Assembly: GCA_963823335.1 (NCBI GenBank)
Contig: CAWGLD010000001.1
Location: 832,001-896,000, forward strand
DNA length: 64,000 bases
Origin: an uncultured delta proteobacterium
GTDB lineage: Bacteria; Desulfobacterota; Desulfobacteria; Desulfobacterales; B30-G6
Direction: 5' to 3'
A model generated the notes under the pieces. That model saw only the letters and a program-made list of their open reading frames with translations, searched no databases and was not told the origin of the DNA. This document shows, piece after piece, positions 8,596-19,866 of the stretch. Made by a program: the position numbers and the translations under genes. Position 1 is the stretch's first letter. Every line of letters starts with the position of its first letter.

Positions 8596-9989
8596 TGTTT
8601 ATTGCAGATATCAAACGAGTTGTCGAACAGATCAGCAGGGAAAAAGGCATCAACGTCGAGGTACTAATAAAGGCATTGGAAGAAGCCCTGAGGTCGGCTG
8701 CCAAGAAAAAATTCGGCAACAAGGTCGACATCGAAGCCCAGTACTATGAAGAAACAGGCGAGATAGAAGTTTTCCAGTTCAAGGAAGTTGTCGAAACGTT
8801 GACCGAACCGGAAACCCAAATCAGTTTTGAAGAAGGCCGTGAATTGGATCCCGATTGCCAAATCGGAGACAGTCTGGGCACCAAAATGGATGCTACGACA
8901 TTTGGCCGGATTGCCGCCCAGTCGGCAAAACAGGTTATCATTCAAAAAATGAAGGATGCTGAAAGAGATGTCGTCTATTCCAGTTTCATCGATCGTAAAG
9001 GTGACATTGTCAACGGTATTGTTCAGCGGGTCGATCGCGGGGACATCATCGTCAACCTTGGCCACACCGAAGGTGTTCTGCCAAGCCGGGAACAGGTGCC
9101 CAGAGAGTCTTATCGCCGCGGTGATCGGATTCGTGCGCTTATATTGGATGTCCTGCATGAATCGCGGGGCCCGCAAATTCTCTTGTCCAGAACACATCCG
9201 GATTTTCTGGTACACCTGTTCAAGACGGAAGTGCCTGAAATCAGCGAGGGTATCGTCGAAATCAAGGGTGCCGCAAGGGAACCTGGCGTCCGGGCCAAGT
9301 TCGCGGTTTCATCCAACGACTCGGATATCGACCCTGTTGGTGCATGTGTCGGGATGAAAGGTTCGCGTGTCCAGAATGTCGTCCAGGAACTACGCGGCGA
9401 AAAAATAGATATTATCCCCTGGCATGTGGATGCCGCCAAATTTGTGTGCAACGCGTTGGCACCCGCTGAGATATCCAGAGTGATTATCGATGAAGATAAC
9501 AAGTCCATGGAGGTAATCGTTCCGGATGAATTTCTCTCCGTAGCCATTGGAAAGCGCGGTCAAAATGTGAGACTCGCCTCCAAACTGACCGGCTGGCACC
9601 TGGATGTCAACAGTGAGTCCAGTTACAGCGAAGCCATGAAGAGCGGATATGACTCTCTGGTCGCACTACCGGGTGTGGGCATTAGCATGGCGGATTCGCT
9701 CTTCGAAAAAGGGCTCTATTCAGCCGAGGAACTCATCAAAGTCTCTGTAGACGATCTTACTCAAATACGGGGCATCGGAGAAGAAAAAGCAGCGACGTTG
9801 ATCAAAAACGCACAAAATTATCTGGCTGACGTAAAACAGACCGCCGCTTTAGAAAAACAGGAACGTTTGGATGCAGAGACAACAGCCGACACGGTGTCCC
9901 AAGACCCGGAAACTGTTTCTGATGAAGATTCGAAGGACAGCACTGAGAACAATGAGAGCGCGGAAGCGAAAAACACTCAAGAAAATTAA
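8595..9989 (+). CDS. nusA: Transcription termination factor NusA
   Basis: FGRIAAQSAKQVI, AREPG.RAK, DPVGACVGMKGSRV, AIGKRGQNVRLA; C-terminal HhH and acidic tail. Confidence 0.98.
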   Translation: MFIADIKRVVEQISREKGINVEVLIKALEEALRSAAKKKFGNKVDIEAQYYEETGEIEVFQFKEVVETLTEPETQISFEEGRELDPDCQIGDSLGTKMDATTFGRIAAQSAKQVIIQKMKDAERDVVYSSFIDRKGDIVNGIVQRVDRGDIIVNLGHTEGVLPSREQVPRESYRRGDRIRALILDVLHESRGPQILLSRTHPDFLVHLFKTEVPEISEGIVEIKGAAREPGVRAKFAVSSNDSDIDPVGACVGMKGSRVQNVVQELRGEKIDIIPWHVDAAKFVCNALAPAEISRVIIDEDNKSMEVIVPDEFLSVAIGKRGQNVRLASKLTGWHLDVNSESSYSEAMKSGYDSLVALPGVGISMADSLFEKGLYSAEELIKVSVDDLTQIRGIGEEKAATLIKNAQNYLADVKQTAALEKQERLDAETTADTVSQDPETVSDEDSKDSTENNESAEAKNTQEN

Positions 9990-10026
9990 GCGTACTTTTT
10001 TATCACGTGAAGGTTAAGGGGGATGG

Positions 10027-12648
10027 ATGGGAAAGATCAGGATATATGAACTTGCCCGGGAATTAAACATGACCAACACCGAGCTGGTCGACAGGCTTCA
10101 TGAGATTGAATACCCTGTAAAAAGCCACATGAGTTCCATTGACGAATTGGATCTGCCGGATCTCAAGGCAAAACTCAGTGGTAAAAAGAAACCGGCAAAG
10201 CTGGAAGAAAAGCGAATCAAGCCGACCGTCATACGCAGGCGCCGGGTCAAAACCGTCAAAAAACCCGAGGCCGTCAAGACTCCCTCTCAGCCGGAACTAC
10301 CTGAAAAAGAAGCAATTCCCGCGGCTGTCGAAGAAATAAAAGACACACCGGTCCTAAAGGAAGAGGCACCAATAGAAACCACCGTGGAAACGCCTGCGGA
10401 GGTTGTTGCCGCTGACGAGACAGTCTTGCCGGATGAGACCGTTGTACCAGACGAAACTGTTGCGGAACCCGAAAAAAAAGAGGCGCCCAAAGCAAAAAAG
10501 CCCGCGCCTGTCAAGCCGCTAAAAAAGAAAAAGAAAGAGACACCGGCAAAAATTATCAAGCCGCCCCCGCCGCCCAAAGAAACAGACCCGGCAGAAGCCC
10601 AGCAAACACCTGCCAAACCGAAACAACCAGCTCGCGGGCCCATTGCTGCAAAACCTGCTCCATCCGCTCAAGAGCCATCCTTAAAAGACAAGAAAAAGAA
10701 AGGACGCAAGAAAACAGAGCCCGAGGAGCCGGATAAAAAATTCTTTAAAAAGAAGATCGCTTTCCGGAAAAAAGAAGTGGTCGAGGGCAAAGATCTCTAT
10801 TCAGGCAGTTCCAAACGTCTGCGCAAGGGTAAAAAGGGCGCCAAATCCAAAATGGAAAGGGGCTTGAAGCCGCAGATTACAACGCCAAAAGCCATCAAAC
10901 GTCGGGTCAAAATAGATGATACCATCATTTTGGCAGAGTTGGCCAAACGGATGGGAATCAAGGCCAACGAAATGATCGCCAAGTTGATGAGCCTGGGTGT
11001 CATGGCGACGGTCAATCAAACCATCGACTTCGATACGGCTGTTCTTGTTTCCACGGAGTTTGGATATGAACTGGAAAAGGCATCCTTTGAAGAAGATAAT
11101 TTACTCAAAGCCGTCGAGGATGACCCCAAAAATCTCACCGTGAGACCTCCTGTGGTAACCATCATGGGCCATGTGGACCACGGAAAGACCTCCTTGCTGG
11201 ATGTTATTCGAAAAACAAGAGTAACAGAGCTCGAGGCCGGTGGTATTACACAACATATCGGTGCATACAATGTCACCACGCCAAAGGGACAGGTTGTATT
11301 CCTCGACACCCCCGGACATGAAGCTTTTTCAGCCATGCGGTCACGTGGTGCAAAAATAACGGATATCGTTGTTCTCGTAGTTGCTGCCGACGATGGTGTC
11401 ATGCCGCAAACCATCGAAGCCATCAATCACTCCAAGGCTGCCGGTGTACCCATAATTGTGGCTGTCAACAAGATCGACAAAGACAATGCAGATACGGAAC
11501 GTGTTCTGAGAGAGCTGTCTGAAAACGGTCTGGTAACCGAAGAATGGGGTGGTGATACCATCTTCGTGAAGGTTTCAGCAAAGAAAAACATCGGTATTGA
11601 TGACCTGCTCGAAATGATCCTCCTGCAAACGGAAATGCTGGAATTGAAGGCCAATGCAGACAAACTGGCCAGGGGTCATGTTGTGGAGGCCAAACTCGAT
11701 GCCGGCCGAGGACCGGTCGCCACTGTTCTGATCCAGGAAGGAACGCTTCGCGCCGGTGACTCCGTTGTGTGCGGTATACACTATGGAAAACTTCGGGCGC
11801 TCTTGAATGATCTCGGGCAGCAGGTCTCTTCGGCCGGACCGTCCATGCCGGTTGAGATCATCGGCCTGTCAGGCGTGCCCTCGGCCGGGGATGAACTCGT
11901 TTCCGTAACCGATGAAAAAGATGCCAAACAGATCAGCCAACACAGGGTCCGTAAACAACGCTCGGTTGATTTAGCCAAAACCAGCCGTCTGAGTCTGGAC
12001 GGCCTGTTCGAAAAAATGAAAGCCGGCGAGGTAAAAGACCTCAATCTGATCCTGAAGGGAGATGTTCACGGATCCATCGAAGCGCTCAAGGAATCTCTCT
12101 CCAGTCTCAGCAATAATGAAGTCAATATTAACATCGTTCATGGCGCCACCGGTACCATCACCGAATCCGATATCTCTCTGGCCGCCGTATCCAATGCCAT
12201 TATCGTGGGCTTCAATGTGCGTTCCAGTTCAAAGGTACAGGAAATGGCCAATGAAGAGCAGGTCGACATTCGCTACCACAATGTCATTTATGATGTGATC
12301 AAAGAAATCCGGGATGCCATGCTGGGATTGATGTCTTCGACATTTAAAGATAGAACCCAGGGATGGGCGGAAATCCGCGATGTTTTCAATATTCCCAAAA
12401 TAGGTACCATTGCGGGTAGTTATGTCACCGAAGGCAGCTTTGAAAGAGGCAAGCTGGTTCGGTTGCTGCGGGACGGCATCATCATCTATGAAGGAAAACT
12501 TTCTTCCCTAAGAAGGTTCAAGGACGATGTCAAAGAAGTTCAGAACGGTTATGAGTGCGGTATCGGCATCGAAAATTTCAACGATATCAAGATCGGCGAT
12601 ACCCTGGAGTGCTATTATAAAGAAGAAATCAAGCCGGAATTGGATTAA
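10027..12648 (+). CDS. infB: Translation initiation factor IF-2
   Basis: [50 protein letters not shown]. Confidence 0.99.
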   Translation: MGKIRIYELARELNMTNTELVDRLHEIEYPVKSHMSSIDELDLPDLKAKLSGKKKPAKLEEKRIKPTVIRRRRVKTVKKPEAVKTPSQPELPEKEAIPAAVEEIKDTPVLKEEAPIETTVETPAEVVAADETVLPDETVVPDETVAEPEKKEAPKAKKPAPVKPLKKKKKETPAKIIKPPPPPKETDPAEAQQTPAKPKQPARGPIAAKPAPSAQEPSLKDKKKKGRKKTEPEEPDKKFFKKKIAFRKKEVVEGKDLYSGSSKRLRKGKKGAKSKMERGLKPQITTPKAIKRRVKIDDTIILAELAKRMGIKANEMIAKLMSLGVMATVNQTIDFDTAVLVSTEFGYELEKASFEEDNLLKAVEDDPKNLTVRPPVVTIMGHVDHGKTSLLDVIRKTRVTELEAGGITQHIGAYNVTTPKGQVVFLDTPGHEAFSAMRSRGAKITDIVVLVVAADDGVMPQTIEAINHSKAAGVPIIVAVNKIDKDNADTERVLRELSENGLVTEEWGGDTIFVKVSAKKNIGIDDLLEMILLQTEMLELKANADKLARGHVVEAKLDAGRGPVATVLIQEGTLRAGDSVVCGIHYGKLRALLNDLGQQVSSAGPSMPVEIIGLSGVPSAGDELVSVTDEKDAKQISQHRVRKQRSVDLAKTSRLSLDGLFEKMKAGEVKDLNLILKGDVHGSIEALKESLSSLSNNEVNINIVHGATGTITESDISLAAVSNAIIVGFNVRSSSKVQEMANEEQVDIRYHNVIYDVIKEIRDAMLGLMSSTFKDRTQGWAEIRDVFNIPKIGTIAGSYVTEGSFERGKLVRLLRDGIIIYEGKLSSLRRFKDDVKEVQNGYECGIGIENFNDIKIGDTLECYYKEEIKPELD

Positions 12649-12652
12649 AAGA

Positions 12653-12745
12653 CCGGTTTTAGGTTTGAAGTGTTACGTTTTAGGTTTGAGCTCCAGCTCT
12701 GTAGAACTTATGAACCTAACACCTAAAACTTAACACTTAACACGG
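12653..12745. repeat. Inverted arrays of degenerate heptamer repeats
   Basis: Left GGTTTTA GGTTTGA AGTGTTA CGTTTTA GGTTTGA; right ACCTAAC ACCTAAA ACTTAAC ACTTAAC. Confidence 0.8.
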
Positions 12746-12754
12746 ACGTTTGAA

Positions 12755-13042
12755 ATGGTCGTTGGTTTAGGCATTGTCACTTTCCGGATTCATGGGTGCC
12801 GCTCGTTGAAAGAAAAAAGGAGTATCGTTAAGTCACTGGTTCGACAGGTTCAAAATAATTTTAACGCTTCTGTGGCCGAAGTAGGCGCTCATGACATCTA
12901 TCAAAAAACGGAAATCGGTTTTTCACTGGTGGGCACAGATCAGCGGGTCGTTAACTCAAAAAGCGATAAGATTTTAAATATGCTCGAGGGCATGGGTTTG
13001 GCGGAACTCATCGACAGTGAACTGGAGATTATCCATCTATGA
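12755..13042 (+). CDS. DUF503 (YlxP-like) protein
   Basis: SLKEKRSIV..FNASVAEV; position between infB and rbfA. Confidence 0.9.
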   Translation: MVVGLGIVTFRIHGCRSLKEKRSIVKSLVRQVQNNFNASVAEVGAHDIYQKTEIGFSLVGTDQRVVNSKSDKILNMLEGMGLAELIDSELEIIHL

Positions 13043-13422
13043 ATATGAAGCCATTTTCGCGTTCAGAAAGGGTCGGGGGCGTGATACAAAAAGTCCTTTC
13101 AGAACTTCTCCACAAAGACATCAGTGATCCGCGGCTTGAAAATGCAACGATTACAGGTGTTAAAATGGGACCGGATCTGAAAACCGCCTATATTTATTAT
13201 TCAACCTATCTGGGGGACAAGGAAAATGCGGACATAGCCCAAGGCTTTCAAAGTGCTAAAGGATATGTCAAGCGGCATCTTGCCGGCAAACTCGGGCTTC
13301 GCTATATGCCGGAACTCAAGTTTATTTATGATACGTCGTTTGACTACGGCATGAAGATAGAAAAACTACTGAAATCGGTTGCACCCGAAAATGAAACAGA
13401 TCATTCAACAACTGAAAAATAG
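13039..13422 (+). CDS. rbfA: Ribosome-binding factor A
   Basis: RSERV..DPRL..TITGV..DLK..LRYMPELKF.YD.S. Confidence 0.96.
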   Translation: MNMKPFSRSERVGGVIQKVLSELLHKDISDPRLENATITGVKMGPDLKTAYIYYSTYLGDKENADIAQGFQSAKGYVKRHLAGKLGLRYMPELKFIYDTSFDYGMKIEKLLKSVAPENETDHSTTEK

Positions 13423-14362
13423 TCGCAGCGTTCTGATCGCTTCTCATATCAATCCGGATGGGGATGCCCTGGGATCTCTCTTGGCTCTGGGTCTGGCAAT
13501 GGACGTCTTAAACATAAAAGCGACCTTATACAATGAAAGCGACATCCCGGCTGTTTACCGTTTCCTACCGGAGATCGGCCGCATTCAAAACCAGATCAGT
13601 CGGGTTCATGCCTATGAAACAGCTATTATTCTTGACTGTAGCAATCTGGATCGTATCGGCCGCGCCACCGACATCGTCACGCAGATTCCCATGATTATCA
13701 ACATCGATCACCACGCCACCAACACGCATTTCGGTGAACGCCTTCTCATCGATGACAAGGCCTGTGCAACGGCTGAACTCGTTTTCCGTCTGCTGAAAGA
13801 GATGGCGATACCCATCAGTCTTGCCATGGCAACATCCATCTACACCGGAATCGTTACCGACACCGGGTCCTTTCGCTTCTCGAATACCAATGCTTCCGCT
13901 TTTGAGATATGCAACCAGATGGTTCAACTGGGTGTTAAACCGATTCATATTGCCCAGCATCTGCATGGACCCTATTCTCTGGGTCGCATCAAACTGTTGA
14001 ACCAGGCCCTCGAATCGATCGAAATATCAAATAACGGAAGTCTTTCCCTGATGACCCTTACCCAGAAAATGCTAAGGGATACCGGGACACAACCCGGAGA
14101 TGCAGAAGGGCTGATCCATTACGCCCGCAGGATAGAAGACGTCAAGATGGCCGCGTTGATACAGGAACAAGCCAACGGCAGAAAGCATGCCACGGCAGAC
14201 AAAAAATATCATGTGAGTCTCCGGTCGAACGGATCAATCGATGTCGCCGCCATTGCATCCACATTCGGCGGGGGGGGGCATCCGAGTGCGGCTGGGTTCA
14301 GTATCGAGTCCACGATTAAGAAAATAAAGGAAACCATCAAAGCAATTCCGGAAATAAATTAA
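13391..14362 (+). CDS. nrnA: DHH/DHHA1 oligoribonuclease NrnA
   Basis: SHINPDGDALGS, NIDHH, TDTGSF, SLRS, GGGGH..AAG. Confidence 0.88.
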   Translation: MKQIIQQLKNSRSVLIASHINPDGDALGSLLALGLAMDVLNIKATLYNESDIPAVYRFLPEIGRIQNQISRVHAYETAIILDCSNLDRIGRATDIVTQIPMIINIDHHATNTHFGERLLIDDKACATAELVFRLLKEMAIPISLAMATSIYTGIVTDTGSFRFSNTNASAFEICNQMVQLGVKPIHIAQHLHGPYSLGRIKLLNQALESIEISNNGSLSLMTLTQKMLRDTGTQPGDAEGLIHYARRIEDVKMAALIQEQANGRKHATADKKYHVSLRSNGSIDVAAIASTFGGGGHPSAAGFSIESTIKKIKETIKAIPEIN

Positions 14363-14367
14363 ATTAG

Positions 14368-15276
14368 ATGTCTTTCGATCAGCATGGATTTGTCGTTATC
14401 GACAAACCGGAAAACCTGTCCTCTGCACGCGTTGTATCGCGGGTAAAAAGGACTCTCAAAGCCAAAAAAGTCGGCCATGCAGGTACGCTCGATCCCTTTG
14501 CAACCGGCGTGATGATCTGCTGTGTCAACCGCGCCACCCGGCTGGCCAGATTTTTTCTGGGAGGAGATAAAAAGTACGAAGCACTGCTTCATCTGGGCAT
14601 AGAAACCGATACGCTGGATGCTACTGGTCATATAACATCGGAAAGACACGTTCCGGATTGTCCAGAGACTGAAATTCAAGCTGTGTTCAGATCTTTTACT
14701 GGACTGCTCGAGCAGGTGCCGCCTGTTTATTCTGCCTTGAAGCACAACGGGGTACCCCTGTACAAATACGCGCGGCGTGGAAAACCGATTCAAAAACCGG
14801 CGCGACAGATTATGATTTTGGGTTTAGATATAACCGATATTCATCTGCCCTATATCCAGTTTGAGGTGACCTGCTCTGCAGGAACGTATATTCGAACACT
14901 CGCAGCCGACATCGGCACTGCATTCGGTTGCGGTGGACATTTAAAAAAGTTGAGACGCACCCAAAGCTCTGGTTTTTCGATTGCCGATGCAATGACACTG
15001 GAAACATTTGAGGGGCGTGCGACGGGCGAAGCGTTTTCCCGGTATGCTGTGGGGTTAAGGGAAGCACTCAGGTATATGCCGGAATGGACGGCCGGCAGAG
15101 ACTTGAAAAACAAAATCGTCAATGGCGTTCCATTGACGCAAAAGGATATTATCCTGGAAGAAACACCAGACCAGGGCAAATTTATTAAAATTATCGATGA
15201 CGGCAGAGAGCTTCTCGCTGTGATTGAACGAAATGAAACAGCTGGAAAATACAATTACTGCTGTGTTTTCAACTGA
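14368..15276 (+). CDS. truB: tRNA pseudouridine(55) synthase
   Basis: KVGHAGTLDPFATGV, QVPPVYSALK, CSAGTYIRTL. Confidence 0.97.
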   Translation: MSFDQHGFVVIDKPENLSSARVVSRVKRTLKAKKVGHAGTLDPFATGVMICCVNRATRLARFFLGGDKKYEALLHLGIETDTLDATGHITSERHVPDCPETEIQAVFRSFTGLLEQVPPVYSALKHNGVPLYKYARRGKPIQKPARQIMILGLDITDIHLPYIQFEVTCSAGTYIRTLAADIGTAFGCGGHLKKLRRTQSSGFSIADAMTLETFEGRATGEAFSRYAVGLREALRYMPEWTAGRDLKNKIVNGVPLTQKDIILEETPDQGKFIKIIDDGRELLAVIERNETAGKYNYCCVFN

Positions 15277-15392
15277 GTCAACTACCACCCGTGAAACGGG
15301 TGGCTTGGATTTCCCCCAAAATGGGGAAAAACAAAGGAGACGGCACGTCTCCGTAAGTTCAGGTTCGGAACCGCGTGCCAAGCACGCGGTTT
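15277..15392 (+). mobile_element. Non-autonomous IS200/IS605 (IscB/HEARO-like end) palindromic element
   Basis: Begins GTCAACTACCACCCGTGAAACGGGTGGCTTG, followed by three more hairpins; no ORF. Confidence 0.6.
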
Positions 15393-15502
15393 GTAGAACA
15401 ATCAAAGAAAAAATGCCGTTTTTAACTTTCTCTATTTCGCGTATTCATAATTAATGCTATTTTCCATAACAAACAAATTCTTAAATAGGAGGCTTAAAGA
15501 AA

Positions 15503-15772
15503 GTGGTGTTTACAACAGAAAATAAAAAAGAACTGATCGATCAGTATAAGACCCATGACAGTGATACCGGATCGCCTGAGGTTCAGGTCGGTCTTCTGAC
15601 TCACCGCATCACCTACCTGACCGAGCATCTCAAGATACACAAGAAAGACCACCATTCCAGAAGAGGATTGCTGAAGATGGTCGGCCAGCGGCGAAGACTT
15701 TTAAATTATGTTAAAAACAACGATGTTAAACGATACCGATCCATCATTGAAGCTCTGGGGCTTCGACGATAA
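15503..15772 (+). CDS. rpsO: 30S ribosomal protein S15
   Basis: [24 protein letters not shown] start with SD. Confidence 0.98.
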   Translation: MVFTTENKKELIDQYKTHDSDTGSPEVQVGLLTHRITYLTEHLKIHKKDHHSRRGLLKMVGQRRRLLNYVKNNDVKRYRSIIEALGLRR

Positions 15773-15793
15773 GGTCAAACTATAAACAAATCT

Positions 15794-15858
15794 TCAGTTT
15801 AGGGTCTCAGACCTGTCGACGATGTTTTTGCATCACGACTGTGCGCCCTTGCAACTGA
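15794..15858 (+). promoter_or_regulatory. Long interrupted stem-loop in pnp leader (possible RNase III site)
   Basis: Nested pairings TCAGTT/AACTGA, AGGG/CCCT, GTCG/CGAC, GATG/CATC. Confidence 0.5.
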
Positions 15859-15872
15859 GTTAGGAACACTAT

Positions 15873-17954
15873 ATGGAATTTTTATTAGAAGCAGATCTGG
15901 GTGGAAAGACCCTCAGTATTCAAACCGGTAAGGTTGCCAAACAGGCATCTGGATCGGTTGTTGTCAGATACGGGGATTCCACCGTTCTGGTTACCGCTGT
16001 GTCGTCCAACGATGAGCGCAATGTCGGATTTCTTCCTTTATCCGTTGAATATCAGGAAAAAATATATGCTGCCGGGAGAATACCCGGAAATTATTTCAGG
16101 CGAGAAATCGGACGCCCAAGCGAAAAAGAGACCCTGACAGCGCGGTTGATCGATCGTCCCATACGCCCGCTTTTCCCAAAATACTATAATTTTGAAACCC
16201 AGGTCATTGCCACCGTGCTGGCTATGGATCAGGAAAATGATGCCGATGTGATGGCCATGGTGGGTGCTTCGGCCGCCCTCACCGTTTCAGACATCCCGTT
16301 TGCAGGCCCCATCGCATGTGTCCGTGTGGGCCGAATCCAGGGAGAACTCAAGATCAACCCCACCATCTCCGAATGCGCTGAGGCCGATATCAATATTATT
16401 GTGGCCGGCTCCAAAACGGGTGTGGTCATGGTGGAAGGCGGCGGTAATGTTGTCAGTGAAAAAGAGATGCTCGACGCTATCTTTTTTGGTCATCAGGGGC
16501 TTCAGCCGCTTATCGACATTCAGGAAAAACTGCGCGAAGCCTGTGGAAAACCCAAAAGAATTTTTACCCCACCCGAGACAGACGAAGCGCTGGTGACAGT
16601 CGTTCATGAGGCTGCTGCCGGAAACATTCGGGAGACCTTGGCCATACCGGATAAAATGCCCCGCTATGATGCCATGAGACAAGTGAAAATAAATCTCATG
16701 CAATCATTGGGTGATGATTATGCAGACAGAGCCGAAGAGATTTCGAAAATTTTTGGAGATCTGAAAAAATCCATCAGCAGAGATATGATTCTCAAGGAAA
16801 ACCGCCGCATCGACAACCGCAAATTCGATGAAGTCCGACCTATTTCCTGCGAGGTGGGGCTTCTTTCCCGGCCCCATGGAAGCGCGCTCTTCACCAGAGG
16901 AGAAACACAGGTACTGGGCGTGTTGACACTGGGATCCGGCCCGGACGAACAACGTGTTGAAACCCTCAGCGGAGAGGAATCTCGCCCATTCATGTTGCAC
17001 TACAATTTCCCGCCATTTTCGGTCGGGGAGGTCAAGCGTATCGGCGGCCCAAGCCGAAGAGATATTGGTCACGGGGGTCTTTCCACTAGAGCCATCGAAA
17101 AGGTTCTGCCTGACAAGGATGTCTTTGACTATACCATCCGCCTCGTTTCAGAAGTTCTGGAATCGAACGGTTCTTCCTCCATGGCTACGGTTTGTGCGGG
17201 AACCCTGGCCTTGATGGATGGGGGTGTCCCCATCAAAGCACCGGTTTCCGGCATCGCCATGGGGCTCGTTAAAGACGGTGACCAAACAATCATTCTGTCC
17301 GATATTCTCGGTGATGAAGACCATACCGGAGACATGGATTTCAAGGTTGCCGGAACCGCCGAAGGAATTACGGCACTCCAGATGGACATCAAAATTCTGG
17401 AACTCTCCAAGGATATCATGGAGGAAGCACTTGAGCAGGCTCGCAAGGGACGCCTGCACATTCTGGAAGAGATGATGAAAGCCCTGGACAAACCCCGGGA
17501 AGACATCTCTCCCTTTGCACCCAAGATATTTGCCCTGGAAATCAACCCGGATAAAATTAGGGAAATCATCGGTCCAGGAGGCAAGGTGATTCGTGCTATC
17601 CAGAGTGAAACCAATACCAGGGTTGAAGTCGATGATTCCGGCGTTGTCAAGATCGCCGCGGCATCTTCCGAAGATCTGGAAGCGGCCATAGCGATGATAA
17701 AGGACATTACCAGGGAAGCTGAAGTAGGTGCGGTCTATGACGGCACCGTGGTCAAAATCACCGATTTTGGCGCCTTCGTACAGATTTTACCGGGAACGGA
17801 CGGTCTGGTTCATATTTCCCAGTTGGCCAATTACCGTGTAAAAAAAGTCACCGATATCGTCAAAGAAGGTGATACCCTCAAGGTTAAAGTACTGGAAGTC
17901 GGAAGGGATGGTAAAATCCGTCTAAGCCACAAAGCTGTACAGGAAGATGAATAA
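15873..17954 (+). CDS. pnp: Polyribonucleotide nucleotidyltransferase (PNPase)
   Basis: [43 protein letters not shown] and S1 domains. Confidence 0.99.
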   Translation: MEFLLEADLGGKTLSIQTGKVAKQASGSVVVRYGDSTVLVTAVSSNDERNVGFLPLSVEYQEKIYAAGRIPGNYFRREIGRPSEKETLTARLIDRPIRPLFPKYYNFETQVIATVLAMDQENDADVMAMVGASAALTVSDIPFAGPIACVRVGRIQGELKINPTISECAEADINIIVAGSKTGVVMVEGGGNVVSEKEMLDAIFFGHQGLQPLIDIQEKLREACGKPKRIFTPPETDEALVTVVHEAAAGNIRETLAIPDKMPRYDAMRQVKINLMQSLGDDYADRAEEISKIFGDLKKSISRDMILKENRRIDNRKFDEVRPISCEVGLLSRPHGSALFTRGETQVLGVLTLGSGPDEQRVETLSGEESRPFMLHYNFPPFSVGEVKRIGGPSRRDIGHGGLSTRAIEKVLPDKDVFDYTIRLVSEVLESNGSSSMATVCAGTLALMDGGVPIKAPVSGIAMGLVKDGDQTIILSDILGDEDHTGDMDFKVAGTAEGITALQMDIKILELSKDIMEEALEQARKGRLHILEEMMKALDKPREDISPFAPKIFALEINPDKIREIIGPGGKVIRAIQSETNTRVEVDDSGVVKIAAASSEDLEAAIAMIKDITREAEVGAVYDGTVVKITDFGAFVQILPGTDGLVHISQLANYRVKKVTDIVKEGDTLKVKVLEVGRDGKIRLSHKAVQEDE

Positions 17955-19224
17955 CTACCCCGGGGCAAGTAAATCCGACCTGAACAACGGCGTAAAAATC
18001 ATTACCAAGCAAATGCCGTATGTTCGCTCGGTGACGATGGGCATCTGGGTCAATGTCGGGTCCAGGGATGAGGCCATTGCTGAAAACGGTCTGTCTCACC
18101 TTATCGAACATCTGATCTTCAAGGGAACAGAAAAGCGCTCCGCTTTTCAAATCGCCAAGGAGTTCGATGACATTGGTGGGCAGACCAATGCATTTACAAC
18201 CATGGAAAATACCTGTTTTCATGCCAAGGTGATGGATTCACACCTGGAAACCATGATCGAGGTCATGTCCGACATTTTTTTGAATTCATTGTTCGATGAA
18301 GAAGAAGTGCTCAAGGAGCGACCCGTTATTCTGCAGGAAATCGGGATGGTTGAAGACAGTCCCGATGAATATATTCATGTCCTTTCCGGAAAACACTTCT
18401 GGGGGGATCATCCTTTGGGTCGTTCCATTCTTGGCACCCGTGAGAACATCCTTCGATTTGACGCTGAAACCATCAAGCAATTCTTTCAGCGTCTCTATCA
18501 ACCGGATCGCATCATCATTTCTGCCTCCGGTAACGTGGATCATCAGAAGTTCGTCGATCTTATCGGCCCGGCCTTCGAATCCATTCAAAAAGGCGATGGC
18601 TTTCCCGAAAGAAAGATACCCGCCGGCAACACCAGCGTCAATCTCCACGCCAGAAAACTTGAGCAGACCCATATCTGTATCGGGCTAAACGGCCTCTCCA
18701 CGGGCCATTCCCAGCGATATGGTTTCTCTCTCATGAGCACCCTTTTGGGCGGCAACATGAGCTCCCGGCTATTTCAGGACATTCGGGAAAAAAGAGGCCT
18801 GGCCTATACGGTCTATTCGTTTGTGTCCACCCATGTGGACAGCGGTATGTTTGGTGCCTACGCCGCGGTAGATCCTGCCAGGGCCTTTGAAACCGCACAG
18901 TTGCTGGTGAACCACATGCACAACCTGAAAAAGCACCGTGTTCAGGAATCCGAACTCAGGGGTGCCAAAGAGTACATCAAGGGAAATCTGTTGCTGTCAT
19001 CTGAAAGCAGTGAGAACCAGATGGTTCGACTTGCTCAGAATGAAATGCATTTCAAACGCCAGGTCCCGTTACAGGAAGTGGTGGAAAAGATCGATGCTGT
19101 CACAGCAGATGACATCCAGGATATCGCTGACAGACTTTTCAGCAACAGCAAGACATCCCTGACCGTGCTGGGCCAGACCAAAGACAAAAAAGACTACGAA
19201 AACATTTTGAGCCCTTTAATCTAA
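17947..19224 (+). CDS. M16 (pitrilysin) family zinc peptidase
   Basis: Inverted HxxEH ([11 protein letters not shown]), [16 protein letters not shown]. Confidence 0.93.
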   Translation: MNNYPGASKSDLNNGVKIITKQMPYVRSVTMGIWVNVGSRDEAIAENGLSHLIEHLIFKGTEKRSAFQIAKEFDDIGGQTNAFTTMENTCFHAKVMDSHLETMIEVMSDIFLNSLFDEEEVLKERPVILQEIGMVEDSPDEYIHVLSGKHFWGDHPLGRSILGTRENILRFDAETIKQFFQRLYQPDRIIISASGNVDHQKFVDLIGPAFESIQKGDGFPERKIPAGNTSVNLHARKLEQTHICIGLNGLSTGHSQRYGFSLMSTLLGGNMSSRLFQDIREKRGLAYTVYSFVSTHVDSGMFGAYAAVDPARAFETAQLLVNHMHNLKKHRVQESELRGAKEYIKGNLLLSSESSENQMVRLAQNEMHFKRQVPLQEVVEKIDAVTADDIQDIADRLFSNSKTSLTVLGQTKDKKDYENILSPLI

Positions 19225-19270
19225 TTTGATTCCGGCCCGCGCTGAAAGCAGCGGGGAATTTACATATTTC

Positions 19271-19729
19271 ATGACGTATCACCCCGCCATTCAACTTCGA
19301 CGCCTGCAACCCGAGAGAGACATGGATATCCCTTTGCCTGCCTATATGACACCTCTGGCAGCCGGCATGGATGTCTGTGCAGCCATCGAAACAGCTGAAC
19401 ATCTCGCTCCCGGAGACATCGTCCTTATCCCCACGGGTCTTGCCATGGCGATCCCAAGGGGGTTTGAAGTCCAGGTTCGACCCCGGAGTGGACTGGCTAT
19501 CAAACACGGCATCAGTGTTGTCAATGCACCAGGTACCATCGATGCGGACTACCGCGGCGAAATCAAAGTTGGCCTGATCAATCTGGGTTCAAAGCCCTAT
19601 ACGGTTCACCGGGGAGATCGTATTGCCCAATTGATCGTACAACAGGTATATCAGGCAAGCATCACGCTGGTGGATGAACTCGATGAAACCGAGCGCAACG
19701 AAGGGGGCTTCGGGCATACGGGGAAGTGA
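19271..19729 (+). CDS. dut: dUTP diphosphatase
   Basis: AAGMD, RPRSGLA, GTIDADYRGE, RIAQ, RNEGGFGHTG. Confidence 0.97.
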   Translation: MTYHPAIQLRRLQPERDMDIPLPAYMTPLAAGMDVCAAIETAEHLAPGDIVLIPTGLAMAIPRGFEVQVRPRSGLAIKHGISVVNAPGTIDADYRGEIKVGLINLGSKPYTVHRGDRIAQLIVQQVYQASITLVDELDETERNEGGFGHTGK

Positions 19730-19731
19730 TT

Positions 19732-19818
19732 GCAGGGGTGAGTGAGGGTCTGAGGATTGGAGGGGTGGAGGGTAGCTATAAGCAGTAAGCACCTAACAGT
19801 CTGAACACCTGAAACGCT
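19732..19818. repeat. Octamer+heptamer composite repeat, copy 1
   Basis: GAGGGT CTGAGGATT GGAGGGGT GGAGGGTA then GCTATAA GCAGTAA then CTAACAGT CTGAACAC CTGAAAC. Confidence 0.65.
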
Positions 19819-19866
19819 ATCAAGGATATGTTTTTCAATTTACAGACAAAAAAATCAAGTGTTCAC

